Source: Anaeromyxobacteraceae bacterium
GTDB lineage: Bacteria; Myxococcota; Myxococcia; Myxococcales; Anaeromyxobacteraceae
Direction of reading: 5' to 3'
Length of the DNA stretch: 64,000 nt
NCBI GenBank assembly: GCA_032654565.1
Contig: JAULAX010000011.1
Location: 1-64,000 of the forward strand
The translations under genes and the position numbers were made by a program. This document shows positions 23,176-35,465 of this stretch, in pieces. The notes under the pieces were generated by a model. It was not told the origin of the DNA. It ran no database searches and saw only the letters and a list, made by a program, of their open reading frames with translations. Within the stretch, counting starts at the first letter, position 1. Every line of letters starts with the position of its first letter.

Positions 23176-24648
23176 ATGAAGCTCGCCGCCCTGCCGGCCA
23201 CCTTGCTGCTCGTCCTCGCCGCCGGTGCGCCGGGCGCCCCCCACGCCGCCCCCGGCGACGGTGCGCCGCCCGCTCCGGCGGCGGCCACGCCGGCGGCGGT
23301 GCCCCCGGCGCTCACGCTGGCCCAGCTGAGCCGCGGCCTCACCGCGGTGGACGACGCCGAGCGGCAGGGCACGCTCCCCGAGCAGCGGACCCGCTGGCTG
23401 GCCGCGGCCGCCGCCAACCCGGGCGACGCCGGGGCCCGCATCCTGGCCGCCTACGCCCTGCCCCACACCGACGACACCTGGGCGGAGCTGAAGTTCCTCT
23501 CCGAGCAGCACCGCAGGTCGGCCGCCCCCTGGCTGGCCATCTGGCGCCTCTACCTGGAGTGGGGCGTGCTCGACCAGGTGGAGCGCACCATGCCGCTGGC
23601 GCTCGAGGCGGACCCGGGGAACTGGCTGGTGGGGCTGACCGCCGCCGCGGTGGCGGAGCGGCGCGGCCAGGCCGGCCCGGCCGCCGCCGGCTACCGGGCG
23701 GCGCTGGCGATCGACCCCGGCAACGTCGATGCCCACGTCGGCCTGGCGCGGCTGGCGCAGGCGGCCGGCGACGAGGTGACCGCCCGGCTCGAGGCCGACG
23801 CCGCGCTCAAGGAGCTGCCGGGTCACGCCCCGGCGCTGCGGGTGCTGGCCGGGCTGGCCGAGGCGCGCGGGGATGGGCCCGGCGCGGCCAGCCTCTACGG
23901 CCGGGTGGTCGCGGCCAACCCGCGCGACCGGGCCTCGCGGGTCAAGCTGGCCCGGCTGCTGCGCCAGCAGGGGGACGCCGCCGGCGCGCGCGACCAGTGG
24001 AAGGCGGCGCTGGTCATCAAGGAGGACGCCGAGACCCTGGTGGCGCTGGCCGAGGCGGCCCGCCTCAGCGGCGACACCGCCACCGAGCAGCGGTCGCTGG
24101 AGCGGCTCTCGGCGCTCGATCCCGGCAACTCGGAGTGGCGGCGCATCGCCGAGATCCGCCTCCAGGCCAACGACCCCGCCGGAGCCGAGCGGGCCCTGCG
24201 GCAGGCGGTCTCGCGTGACCCCAAGGACGCGCAGAACCAGCTGGCGCTGGGCAGGCTGCTGGCCGGCTCCGGGCGCCTCGAGACCGGGCTGGAGCACCTG
24301 CGCGCCGCCGGCGAGGCCGGGGCCTCCGAGCGCGAGGAGGCGGAGAAGCGGATCAACCTCCGCAAGCACACCACCCCGGAGCTCGGCGCCCTGCAGCGGG
24401 CGGTGGGCGCCCTCATCGACGCCACCTATCGCCAGCGGCTCAAGGAGCTGCCCCGCCTCTCCGGCAAGCTGACCATCCGGGTGACCACCGACGCCTCGGG
24501 GCGCGCCGCGCTCGTCGAGGTGGTCGAGGACACCCTCCACGACGACGCCGTCCGGGCTTGCGCCTACTGGAACCTGAAGGATGCCGCCTACCCCACGCAG
24601 AAGCCGGGCCGCTCGTCGTTCAGCTTCACGCTCCGCCCGGGGCGCTGA
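23176..24648 (+). CDS. Secreted TPR protein with C-terminal AgmX/PglI (TonB-C-like) domain
   Basis: GAGGGG RBS, signal peptide, multiple TPRs, Y...LKELPRLSGKLTIR...C...F C-terminus. Confidence 0.75.
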   Translation: MKLAALPATLLLVLAAGAPGAPHAAPGDGAPPAPAAATPAAVPPALTLAQLSRGLTAVDDAERQGTLPEQRTRWLAAAAANPGDAGARILAAYALPHTDDTWAELKFLSEQHRRSAAPWLAIWRLYLEWGVLDQVERTMPLALEADPGNWLVGLTAAAVAERRGQAGPAAAGYRAALAIDPGNVDAHVGLARLAQAAGDEVTARLEADAALKELPGHAPALRVLAGLAEARGDGPGAASLYGRVVAANPRDRASRVKLARLLRQQGDAAGARDQWKAALVIKEDAETLVALAEAARLSGDTATEQRSLERLSALDPGNSEWRRIAEIRLQANDPAGAERALRQAVSRDPKDAQNQLALGRLLAGSGRLETGLEHLRAAGEAGASEREEAEKRINLRKHTTPELGALQRAVGALIDATYRQRLKELPRLSGKLTIRVTTDASGRAALVEVVEDTLHDDAVRACAYWNLKDAAYPTQKPGRSSFSFTLRPGR

Positions 24649-25831
24649 CCGGCCGGTCCGCGCCGGGCTGGAGCTCCTGCTCGAGGCCCGGGGCGGGCCG
24701 CTGCGGGGGCGCCGCGTCGGGCTCATCTGCAACCCCACCGCGGTGGACGGCCGGCTGCGCCACGCCGCCGACCTGCTCCACGCCCTGCCCGGGGTGACGC
24801 TGGCGGCGCTCTTCGGCCCGGAGCACGGCGTCCGCGGCGACGCCCAGTACCTGGTGGCGGTGGCCGGCGAGACCGACGCCGCCACCGGCCTGCCGGTCCA
24901 CTCCCTCTACGGCGCCACCCGCGACTCGCTCCAGCCGCGCCCCGAGGCGCTGGCCGGGCTCGACGCCCTCTGCTTCGACATCCAGGACGTCGGCGCCCGC
25001 TACTACACCTACCAGGCCACCATGCTCCTCTGCATGGAGGCGGCGGCCCGGGCCGGGATCGCCTTCGTGGTGCTCGACCGGCCCAACCCCATCGGCGGCC
25101 TGCGGGTGGAGGGGCCGGCGCTCCGCCCCGGGTTCGAGAGCTTCTGCGGGCTGCACGATCTCGCTCCCCGCCACGGCCTGACGGTGGGGGAGCTGGCCCG
25201 GCTCTTCGTGGCCGAGCGCGGGATGGCCCTCGACCTCACGGTGGTGCCGTGCACGGGCTGGCGGCGCGGGCAGGGGTTCCTGGCCACCGGGCTCCCCTGG
25301 GTGTCGCCGTCCCCCAACATGCCGACGCCGGAGACGGCGCTGGTCTACCCGGGGATGTGCCTGCTGGAGGGGACCAACCTCTCCGAGGGGCGGGGCACCA
25401 CCCGGCCGTACCAGCTCTTCGGCGCCCCCTGGCTCGACCCGGCGCGGCTGGCGGCGGCGCTCACCGCGGAGCGGCTCGCCGGCGTCCGCTTCCGGCCGGC
25501 CAGCTTCACGCCCACCTGGGACAAGCACGCCGGGGTCCGCTGCCACGGCGTCGAGCTCCACGTCCACGACGCCGAGGCCTTCCGCCCCTTCCGCGCCGGC
25601 CTGGCCTGCGTGCTCCAGGCCCGGGCCCAGGCCCCGGAGCGGTTCCGCTGGCGGACCGAGACCTACGAGTTCGTCGACGGCGTCCCGGCCTTCGACCTGC
25701 TCTGCGGCTCGGCGCGGGAGCGGACCGGCATCGAGGCCGGGGCGACGCTGGCCGAGCTGGTGGCCCCCTTCGCCGGGGAGGAGCGGGCCTTCGCCCGGCG
25801 CCGGGCCCGGGTCCTCGCCTATCATGGCTGA
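24581..25831 (+). CDS. namZ: Exo-beta-N-acetylmuramidase NamZ family (DUF1343); start uncertain
   Basis: FGPEHG, DIQDVGARYYTY, LDRPNP, PSPNMP, SEGRGTTRP. Confidence 0.85.
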   Translation: MPPTPRRSRAARRSASRSARGADRPVRAGLELLLEARGGPLRGRRVGLICNPTAVDGRLRHAADLLHALPGVTLAALFGPEHGVRGDAQYLVAVAGETDAATGLPVHSLYGATRDSLQPRPEALAGLDALCFDIQDVGARYYTYQATMLLCMEAAARAGIAFVVLDRPNPIGGLRVEGPALRPGFESFCGLHDLAPRHGLTVGELARLFVAERGMALDLTVVPCTGWRRGQGFLATGLPWVSPSPNMPTPETALVYPGMCLLEGTNLSEGRGTTRPYQLFGAPWLDPARLAAALTAERLAGVRFRPASFTPTWDKHAGVRCHGVELHVHDAEAFRPFRAGLACVLQARAQAPERFRWRTETYEFVDGVPAFDLLCGSARERTGIEAGATLAELVAPFAGEERAFARRRARVLAYHG

Positions 25832-26399
25832 CGTGGACCCCCGCCCCGAGATCGCCCTGCTGGGCGGCTCCTTCAACCCGCCCCACGTGGCCCACGTGAT
25901 GGCGGCCTGGTGGGCGCTGGCCACGCTCCCGGTGCGCGAGGTCTGGCTGCTCCCCACCTGGCGCCACCCGTTCGGCAAGGCGCTGGCCCCGTGGGAGGAC
26001 CGGGTGCGGATGTGCGAGCTGGCCATCGCCCACCTGCGCGGCGCCCACGTCTGCACCGCCGAGGAGGCGCTGCGCGACGACCCGCTCTGCGGCCGGACGG
26101 CGCGCACCCTGGAGCACCTGGTGGAGCGCCACCCGGACCGTCGCTTCGCGCTGCTGGTGGGGGCCGACATCCTCCCCGAGACGCCCCGCTGGTACCGCTG
26201 GGACCGGGTGAACGAGCTGGCCCGGGTGGTGGTGGTGGGGCGGCAGGGATACCCGGGAGGGGAGGGGCCGGCCCTGCCCGCCATCTCCTCCAGCCAGATC
26301 CGCGAGCGGCTGGAGCGGGGCGAGCCGGTGGACCGGCTGGTGCCGCGCCGGGTGGTCGAGCACCTCCGGGCGCGGGGGCTCTACGCCGCCGGCCGGTGA
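25824..26399 (+). CDS. nadD: Nicotinate-nucleotide adenylyltransferase
   Basis: GGSFNPPHVAH, GAD, ISSSQIR. Confidence 0.9.
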   Translation: MADVDPRPEIALLGGSFNPPHVAHVMAAWWALATLPVREVWLLPTWRHPFGKALAPWEDRVRMCELAIAHLRGAHVCTAEEALRDDPLCGRTARTLEHLVERHPDRRFALLVGADILPETPRWYRWDRVNELARVVVVGRQGYPGGEGPALPAISSSQIRERLERGEPVDRLVPRRVVEHLRARGLYAAGR

Positions 26400-26442
26400 A
26401 TGCCCCTTGTGATCTGGCGCGGAATGCGGCGGAATGCCGCGC

Positions 26443-26634
26443 ATGGACCCGAACCAGCCGCTCCCGACCTCCCGCCTCCTCCCGCGAATCGGGATGTACG
26501 CGTCGGCCTTCGGCGTCTTCCTCTGCGGCTGGCTGGCGATGAAGACCGAGGACTGGCGGTTGATCGTCGGGCTGACGGCGCTGGCCGCCGTGGCCGGGCT
26601 GGCCGCCTCGGCCTTCGGCAAGCGGACCCGCTAG
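26443..26634 (+). CDS. Small two-TM membrane protein
   Basis: Two hydrophobic segments, GC-biased codon use. Confidence 0.55.
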   Translation: MDPNQPLPTSRLLPRIGMYASAFGVFLCGWLAMKTEDWRLIVGLTALAAVAGLAASAFGKRTR

Positions 26635-26667
26635 GGGCGCCGGGACCGGGCCCCGGGCCTGGCGCGG

Positions 26668-29093
<2,426 letters not shown>

Positions 29094-29241
29094 GTCCCCG
29101 GAGGTTCCGATATCGGTCGCAACCGGTCAATTTTTCGGCCAAATCGCGACGCCGCCGGCTTCTGGTGGCGGCGCCGCAAGCGGAGAGGAGGGTCTCGGTA
29201 CCCGGCCCGCAGCGTGAGCGGGGACGAGCGCTGGCGTTCGT

Positions 29242-29370
29242 CGGCCGAGAGGCGCAGCGAGGAGGTCTGCAGGCTCGGCCGGTTCCGACGGCGGGCGAGA
29301 GGCGCGGCGAAGGGAGCGCAGGCTCGGCCGGTTCCGACCGGCGGCCGAGAGGCGCGGCGAGGAGGTCTGC
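29242..29370 (+). repeat. ~50-bp tandem repeat, 2.6 copies (starts 29242, 29292, 29342)
   Basis: cggccgagaggcgc(a/g)gcgaggaggtctgcaggctcggccggttccgac units; degenerate copy near 29455-29487. Confidence 0.8.
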
Positions 29371-29677
29371 GGGGTCTGGCGGTGCCGTGAGGATGAGCCG
29401 GGCGCGAGTGCGGGCGGTCGCGAGTCCGGACGAGCGCCAACTCCTGGAGATCGAACGGCGGGGCGAAGGGACCGCAGGCTCGGACGGCGGACTGAGGCGG
29501 CGGCGTTGGGCCCTGGAACGTGCCGCGCGAACTGGATGCCGCCACGCGGATCCGAGGCGAGCTGGCGCCAGGAGGCCGCCCGTGTTCTCCTGCCGACACG
29601 TACTCAACGTCACTCCTGAGGGTCTCGGTACGGGTCTCGGTGCCGGACATGGTGCACCCAATCGAGGCCCCTCTTTG

Positions 29678-29701
29678 GCGATTCCCGACGTCGGGAATCG
29701 C
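29678..29701. repeat. Perfect 24-bp palindrome
   Basis: GCGATTCCCGAC|GTCGGGAATCGC. Confidence 0.9.
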
Positions 29702-30000
29702 TTTTGGGGGAGGGAGCCGACTCCTTCGGGTCGGCTGCGGTGATTCTTGAGGCTACAGCTGGTCCTCGCGCTGCGTCGCGCCTGGCCCGCCCAGGCGAAT
29801 GATGACGCGTGGGCCCGGTGGCCCGGTGCCGGACATGGAGGTCCGGGAGGTCCGGTGCAGGTCCGGTGCCGGACATGGAGGTCTTGGAGGTCCTGGGGTC
29901 TCCTGTCGGACGGTCGATCGCTGCCGCGGGCACCTCGGGTGGGTGGCAGTCCGGGTAAAAATAGAGCGCCCCCGCGCTCGGCCTCAACCAGGCCGACGAA

Positions 30001-30678
30001 TCACTGCGCCCGGAGGTTGTCGATCCGGAAGGTGAGCGTGGAGAGGGAGACGATGGAGACCTGTCTGCTCGCCACCGCCGAGGCCTCGATGATGAGCCGT
30101 CCCGGCACGGTGAGGCCGCTGAGCGGGGCACTCACCCCGGTCACCTGCTCCCCGGCCGTCCCCGGGCCGAAGGCCTTGGACCAGAGCACGACCGTCCCGC
30201 CTCCGCCTGCGTTCGGCTGGAAGACGATCCTCACCAGGGCGCTGCCGTCGACCCCGAGCGTGCCGCTCCCGGCCAGGATGTTCCGGGCGGCGACCTCGTA
30301 ATCGAACAGCAGGGTGGTGGACTTCGAGAGGTTGACGTTGTCCTGGTAGACCCTCAGGAAAGGGAAGTGGCCGGGGAAGAGCTGCATCCCGGCGTCGCTC
30401 GCCGGGAGCTCCAGGAAGTACTGGCCGTCGCTGGGCATGAAGCCCACCGCGGTCTTCCGCTTGGCCCCGTAGCCGGTCAGGCTCCAGTCGTTCACCCCTT
30501 CGCGGATCCAGGCCTCCGGCTGCCCGCCGTCCGGGTTGGCGCCCAGCACCTCGAAGCTGGGGTTGGCCATCGGGACGATGGGGGCCGTGCTCGCGCCGCC
30601 ACAGCCGCTCAGGCCAGCGAGCAGCAGGGCGGACAGGGCGGCGGCGAAGGCGGGACGCAGGGCGAGGCTCCGATTCAT
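30001..30678 (-). CDS. Hypothetical lipoprotein (beta-rich, possibly carbohydrate-binding-like)
   Basis: GGAG RBS, lipobox LSGC, NPSFE motif. Confidence 0.65.
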   Translation of the reverse strand: MNRSLALRPAFAAALSALLLAGLSGCGGASTAPIVPMANPSFEVLGANPDGGQPEAWIREGVNDWSLTGYGAKRKTAVGFMPSDGQYFLELPASDAGMQLFPGHFPFLRVYQDNVNLSKSTTLLFDYEVAARNILAGSGTLGVDGSALVRIVFQPNAGGGGTVVLWSKAFGPGTAGEQVTGVSAPLSGLTVPGRLIIEASAVASRQVSIVSLSTLTFRIDNLRAQ

Positions 30679-31002
30679 CGGTTCATCTCCGCAGGCAGGA
30701 GGCGTTGCCCGAGGCGGTCCTCGCAGCCAGGGCCGACCCGTTCCGTGCAAGGTATGTCCGGCACCAGACTCCTCCTGCGACGATTTGTCCAACCCCACGC
30801 TCGCGGTACGGGCGCCCGCACCGCCCCCGTGGCTGGGCGGCCACCTCCCGTGGCCCTGGGATCGCTGGCGGTCACTCATGGAGATCCCGAGGCTCGCCCT
30901 GTCGGGTCCCTTCGCCAGGGCGTGACGGCCCGTGTATGCTGGCCGCCATCAGGCTCGAGTTCCTCTGTTCCCTGGCCAGCTGATCTGCAGGGGAGGGCAC
31001 TC

Positions 31003-33156
31003 ATGGACCGTCCCTGCACACCTCGCCGCGCCGCCGCGCTCTGCCTCGGCCTGAACCTCTTCATGCCCCTGGCGCTGGCCGGGTGCCATGCAGGGGAAGA
31101 CGCCCCACCCGATGGGCATGGTGGGTGGCTCAAGGCCTCCACCACCACCCTGTTCCAGGGCGTCGATGGCGGGGGCCATGCCTTCATCGGCGGTACCGCC
31201 TTCGTCTCGCCCGGCTACGTGGCCGTGCGGCAGTCCGGTGTCTGCGGCCTGCTCTGCACGTACGACGATGCCTACCCGGGCGTGGACGTCGCCTGGACCA
31301 ACCACACGCTGGGCACGGCCGGCCCGGCCGGCAGCAGCTATGGCACGGCCACCGGCTGGCAGCACGCCTGGTCCGCCTCGGTCCCGTTGGCCATGGGCCT
31401 CAACACCATCGTGGTGTCGGCCCGAGATCCGGCGGGCACCTCGGCGTCGGTGACCCTGACCGTCACCTACGTCGACGTCACGGCGCCCACGGTCAAGGTG
31501 ATGAGCCCTGCCGCCGGAGCCACCGGGATCGCCGGGGGCACGTCCATCGCCGCCACGTTCAGCGAGGAGATGGAACCGGGCAGCATCTCCACCGCCACCT
31601 TCCTGCTGAGGGAGGCCGGGGGCGACCTGGTGAGCGGGAGCGTCGGGTTCGCCGGTCGGGTGGCGACCTTCACGCCGACGGCCCGCCTGAGAGGCCTCAC
31701 CACCTACGAGGTCGATCTCACCTCCGGCATGAAGGACCTGGTCGGGAATGCGCTCGAGACGACCCGGTCCTGGACCTTCACCACCGGGGTGGTCCCCGAC
31801 ACCACCCCCCCCGTGGTGAGCTCCACCACGCCCCTGGACGGCGGCTGCGCCCTCGTCGAGGCCAGCCTCGGCGCGACCTTCAGCGAACCGGTCCTGGGCT
31901 CTTCCGTGAACCCCTCGACGTTCCTGGTCAGGGACGCCCTGGACCTCCCGGTGGCGGGCACGGTGGGGCTGGATGCGGCGGGCCGTGCGGTCTTCACCCC
32001 CGGCAGTCGCCTCGCCAGCGCCACCCACCACACCGCCATGCTGACGACCGGGATCACCGACCTGGCCGGGAATCCCCTGGCCAGCAGCCACTCCTGGGCC
32101 TTCACGACCCCGCTGGCGGGGACCGGGGCCTGGACCGCCATGGATACGACGCTGGCGCCTTCGCAGAGGTCCTTGCACACCGCCGTCTGGACGGGCACCG
32201 AACTGATCGTCTGGGGCGGTCAATCCCTCGAGACGGGCGCACTCGGGGACGGTGCTCGCTACGACCCGGTCGCGGCGAGCTGGCGCCCGGTGTCGAGCGT
32301 GGGTGCCCCGTCCGCCCGGACCGGCCACGTGGCGGTCTGGACGGGCCGCAGGATGATCGTCTGGGGTGGAGTCGGTCCGGTCCAGGGCCCCGGCGGCAGC
32401 TATGATCCGGCCACGGACACCTGGACGGCCATCTCCTCGATCGGGTCGCCGTTTCCCCGCCACGTGGCGAGCGCGGTCTGGACCGGGACCGAGATGATCG
32501 TCTGGGGCGGTGCCGATTCCAGCGGAGGGCCACAGGGCGATGGAGGACGGTACGATCCGGTGGCGGACGCCTGGTCGCCAGTCTCCTCGACAGGCGCTCC
32601 CGCGGCGAGGTACTGGCACGCGGCCGTCTGGACCGGGTCGGCCATGCTGATCTGGGGCGGCTCCCCGGAGGTTGGAGGGATCTACAGGCCGGCCACGGAC
32701 AGCTGGACGGTCCTGCCCACGCTCGGTGCGCCGGCCGTGCGCCTGCGCCCCGTGGCCGCATGGACGGGGAGGGAGATGCTCGTCTGGGGCGGCGAAGGGG
32801 GGATCCCCCTGGATTCCGGCGGGCGCTTCGATCCGGCCACGGAGACCTGGCGACCCATCTCCTCGGCCTGCGCGCCGGCGGCGCGCTCCTGGCATTCCGG
32901 GGCCTGGACCGGGACGGAGCTGATCGTCTGGGGAGGCTCCGGCGGCAGCGGGGCCCTCTTGCAGACGGGTGGCCGGTACGACCCGGCCAGGGACACCTGG
33001 CTGCCGACACCGGTCGCTGGAGCTCCGCACCCTCGGTACGACGCCTCGGCGACCTGGTGCGGAACGGAGTTGATCGTGTGGGGAGGTCGCCACAACCCGA
33101 TCCCCGGCTCAAGCCCGGACCACGGCACCGGCGCCTCGTACCGTCCCCAGCCGTGA
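31003..33156 (+). CDS. Lipoprotein with two Ig-like (Big_5-type) domains and a Kelch-like beta-propeller
   Basis: GGAGG RBS, LAGC, DVTAPTV..ATFSE / WTFTT repeats, six AVWTG..MIVWGG repeats. Confidence 0.82.
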   Translation: MDRPCTPRRAAALCLGLNLFMPLALAGCHAGEDAPPDGHGGWLKASTTTLFQGVDGGGHAFIGGTAFVSPGYVAVRQSGVCGLLCTYDDAYPGVDVAWTNHTLGTAGPAGSSYGTATGWQHAWSASVPLAMGLNTIVVSARDPAGTSASVTLTVTYVDVTAPTVKVMSPAAGATGIAGGTSIAATFSEEMEPGSISTATFLLREAGGDLVSGSVGFAGRVATFTPTARLRGLTTYEVDLTSGMKDLVGNALETTRSWTFTTGVVPDTTPPVVSSTTPLDGGCALVEASLGATFSEPVLGSSVNPSTFLVRDALDLPVAGTVGLDAAGRAVFTPGSRLASATHHTAMLTTGITDLAGNPLASSHSWAFTTPLAGTGAWTAMDTTLAPSQRSLHTAVWTGTELIVWGGQSLETGALGDGARYDPVAASWRPVSSVGAPSARTGHVAVWTGRRMIVWGGVGPVQGPGGSYDPATDTWTAISSIGSPFPRHVASAVWTGTEMIVWGGADSSGGPQGDGGRYDPVADAWSPVSSTGAPAARYWHAAVWTGSAMLIWGGSPEVGGIYRPATDSWTVLPTLGAPAVRLRPVAAWTGREMLVWGGEGGIPLDSGGRFDPATETWRPISSACAPAARSWHSGAWTGTELIVWGGSGGSGALLQTGGRYDPARDTWLPTPVAGAPHPRYDASATWCGTELIVWGGRHNPIPGSSPDHGTGASYRPQP

Positions 33157-33237
33157 ACCTGAAGGGGAAGGCGCCGGCCGGACCGGAGGCGCAACTCCGC
33201 CGGAACGGCGCGCCGGCGCTCGTGACCACGAGTGCGG

Positions 33238-34074
33238 CTACGCCAGCCCCCGCTCCCAGAGCTCGTCCTCGTCGAGGCCGAGGAAGTGGCCCACCTCGTG
33301 GACCAGGGTGGTGGCGATCTCCTCCTCCAGCTCCTCCCGGTTCCCCGCCGTCCGCTGCAGGTTGCGCTGGTAGAGGACGATGGAGGAGGGGAGGTGGCTC
33401 CAGGGATCGGCGGAGAGCTTCTGGCCGTAGGGGGCGCCGCGGAACATCCCCAGGATGGTGGGCGGCAGCGGCGGGTCGGCGTCGAGCAGGTCCTGCTCGG
33501 CCGGCAGGTCCTCCACCGTGATCGGCACGTTGGCCAGGTAGCGGCGCACCTGCTCCGGGATGGCCAGCAGCGCCCGCTCCACGGCGGCGTCGAAGTCGCG
33601 GCGCGACAACGTGATGGGCCTGGGGAAGCCCTCGGGATCGAGTGTGCGGGCCCGGGCGAACCGCTGCTCGGCCTCGCGGTCGTCGCCGCGCCGCTCCGCC
33701 AGCAGCCCCAGCAGCTGCTGGGCGCGGGGCTCGCCGGGGGTGGCGTCGGCGATGGCCTGCGCCGAGGCCAGGGCGGCGTCGAAGCGGCAGAGCTCGAAGA
33801 GGGCGTCGGCCCGCTCCAGCAGGGCGTCGAGGTGGTCGGGGGCGAGCCGGAGCGCCTCCTCCAGCGCCGCCAGCGCCGCCGCCGCCTCCTCCAGCTCCAG
33901 CAGCGCCGCCCCCTCCAGCCAGTGGAGGTCGGCGGCCAGCGCGTCGTCCCCGGCCCGGCGCGCCTGCCGCGCCCCCTGGCGCGCCAGCGTCACCGCCCGC
34001 TCGGCGTCGCCGTCCTGGAGGTCGGCGGCGGCCTCGTCGAAGCGCTGGTCCGGGGCGTCGGGGTGCTGGGGCAC
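33238..34074 (-). CDS. TPR + zincin-like metallopeptidase
   Basis: TPR helices, then ILGMFRG, IVLYQRN, TLVHEVGHFLG (HExxH). Confidence 0.82.
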   Translation of the reverse strand: MPQHPDAPDQRFDEAAADLQDGDAERAVTLARQGARQARRAGDDALAADLHWLEGAALLELEEAAAALAALEEALRLAPDHLDALLERADALFELCRFDAALASAQAIADATPGEPRAQQLLGLLAERRGDDREAEQRFARARTLDPEGFPRPITLSRRDFDAAVERALLAIPEQVRRYLANVPITVEDLPAEQDLLDADPPLPPTILGMFRGAPYGQKLSADPWSHLPSSIVLYQRNLQRTAGNREELEEEIATTLVHEVGHFLGLDEDELWERGLA

Positions 34075-34088
34075 GGTGGGCTCCGGGG

Positions 34089-35441
34089 CTACCGCTCGCG
34101 CGACGGCGGCAGGTCGTGGGAGGCGATGTAGACCACGTTCCGCGTCGACCGCTTGCCGCGGTACATGGCCCGGTCGGCCAGGTCGATGAGCTCCGACTTG
34201 GTGGTGGCGTGCTCGGGGGCGCTGGCCACGCCGATGGTGGCGGTGACCCGCACCGGCGTCGCCTCCCGGGAGAGGAAGCGGTGGTCCTCGATGGCGCGGC
34301 GCACCCGCTCGGCCACCTTGAGGCCGCCGCCCGAGTCGAGGCCGGTGAGCACGGTGATGTACTCGTCGCCGCCGTAGCGGACCAGCACGTCCTCGTCGCG
34401 GACGCAGCCGCGGAGCACCCGGGCCACCTCGACCAGCATGCGCGAGCCGGAGAGGTGGCCGTGCTTGTCGTTGACCCCCTTGAAGTGGTCGATGTCGAGG
34501 AAGAGCAGGGTGAAGGGGCGCCCGCCGGCCAGCTCGCGGTCGAGGACCATGTCGAGGTAGCGGGTGTTGTAGAGGAGGGTGAGGTCGTCGAGGTAGGCGA
34601 GGTGCTCCACCTGCTTGAGGCGCCCCAGGTTGCGCAGCGCCAGGGCCAGGTGGCGGGCCAGGAAGGAGGCGCTCTCGCCCATCTCCCGGCTGGGCGCCGC
34701 GTCGGGGAAGGCCAGCGCCACCCCCAGCGTGCCGTCCTCGTCGGCGAGCGGCAGGCACCAGGCGGGCCGGGCCCCGGGGTTGGCCTCGTCCAGCTCGAGG
34801 AGCCGGGGCTCGCTGCCCCGCAGGGCGCCGAGCTGGAGCCGCGCCCCCTCGAGGAGCTCGGCCGCCTCCTGGTAGACCAGCCCGTGGGCGCCGGAGAGGA
34901 GCCAGCTGCCGTCGGGCGCCACCTCGGCCAGCAGGGCGGCGCTGGCCCCGCAGGTCCCGGCCACCGCGGTCAGCCCCATGGGCACCAGGCGATCGCGATC
35001 CAGCGTCGCCGAGAGCCGCTGGCAGACCTCGAAGAGCTTGAGGTGGGCCCGCAGCGCCATGTTGTCGGCCAGCAGGGCGCGGGTGGCGAGGCTGCGGTGG
35101 ACGGCGTGCTGGAGCGCCTCGGGCGTGACCGGCTTGATCAGGTAGTCGGAGGCGCCCGACTTCATGGCCCGCACCGCCGGGTCGACCTTGTCGAGCGCGG
35201 TGATCATCACCACCTCGAGGTTGGGGTCGAGCTGCTTGGCGGCGCTGAGCAGCTCCAGGCCGGAGGAGCCGGGCAGGATGACGTCGGCCACCAGCACGTC
35301 GAAGCGGCGGCCCTGGAGGATGGCCAGGGCCGCCTCGGCGTCGGCGGCCACGGCCACGTCGAAGCCGGCCGCCCGCAGGTAGTCGGAGTAGACGGTTCGA
35401 GCGAAGCGCTCGTCATCGACCAGCAGGACCGAGTGGGCCAC
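34089..35441 (-). CDS. Response regulator / diguanylate cyclase
   Basis: Receiver (LLVDD, ADVILP, IKP), DIDHFKGVND, RDED I-site, YGGDEY. Confidence 0.9.
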   Translation of the reverse strand: MAHSVLLVDDERFARTVYSDYLRAAGFDVAVAADAEAALAILQGRRFDVLVADVILPGSSGLELLSAAKQLDPNLEVVMITALDKVDPAVRAMKSGASDYLIKPVTPEALQHAVHRSLATRALLADNMALRAHLKLFEVCQRLSATLDRDRLVPMGLTAVAGTCGASAALLAEVAPDGSWLLSGAHGLVYQEAAELLEGARLQLGALRGSEPRLLELDEANPGARPAWCLPLADEDGTLGVALAFPDAAPSREMGESASFLARHLALALRNLGRLKQVEHLAYLDDLTLLYNTRYLDMVLDRELAGGRPFTLLFLDIDHFKGVNDKHGHLSGSRMLVEVARVLRGCVRDEDVLVRYGGDEYITVLTGLDSGGGLKVAERVRRAIEDHRFLSREATPVRVTATIGVASAPEHATTKSELIDLADRAMYRGKRSTRNVVYIASHDLPPSRER

Positions 35442-35465
35442 GGCGAGGCAGGATATCATGGCCCG

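Larger units (their letters stand above)
29639..30765. repeat. GGTGCCGGACAT repeat family: + at 29639, 29825, 29865; - at 30754-30765
   Basis: Exact 12-mer in four copies; the 29823/29863 copies share 21 bp. Confidence 0.75.

Noticed and set aside
29242..29370. 50-bp periodic repeats as a CRISPR array
   Set aside because: The whole unit repeats, so there is no repeat-spacer alternation
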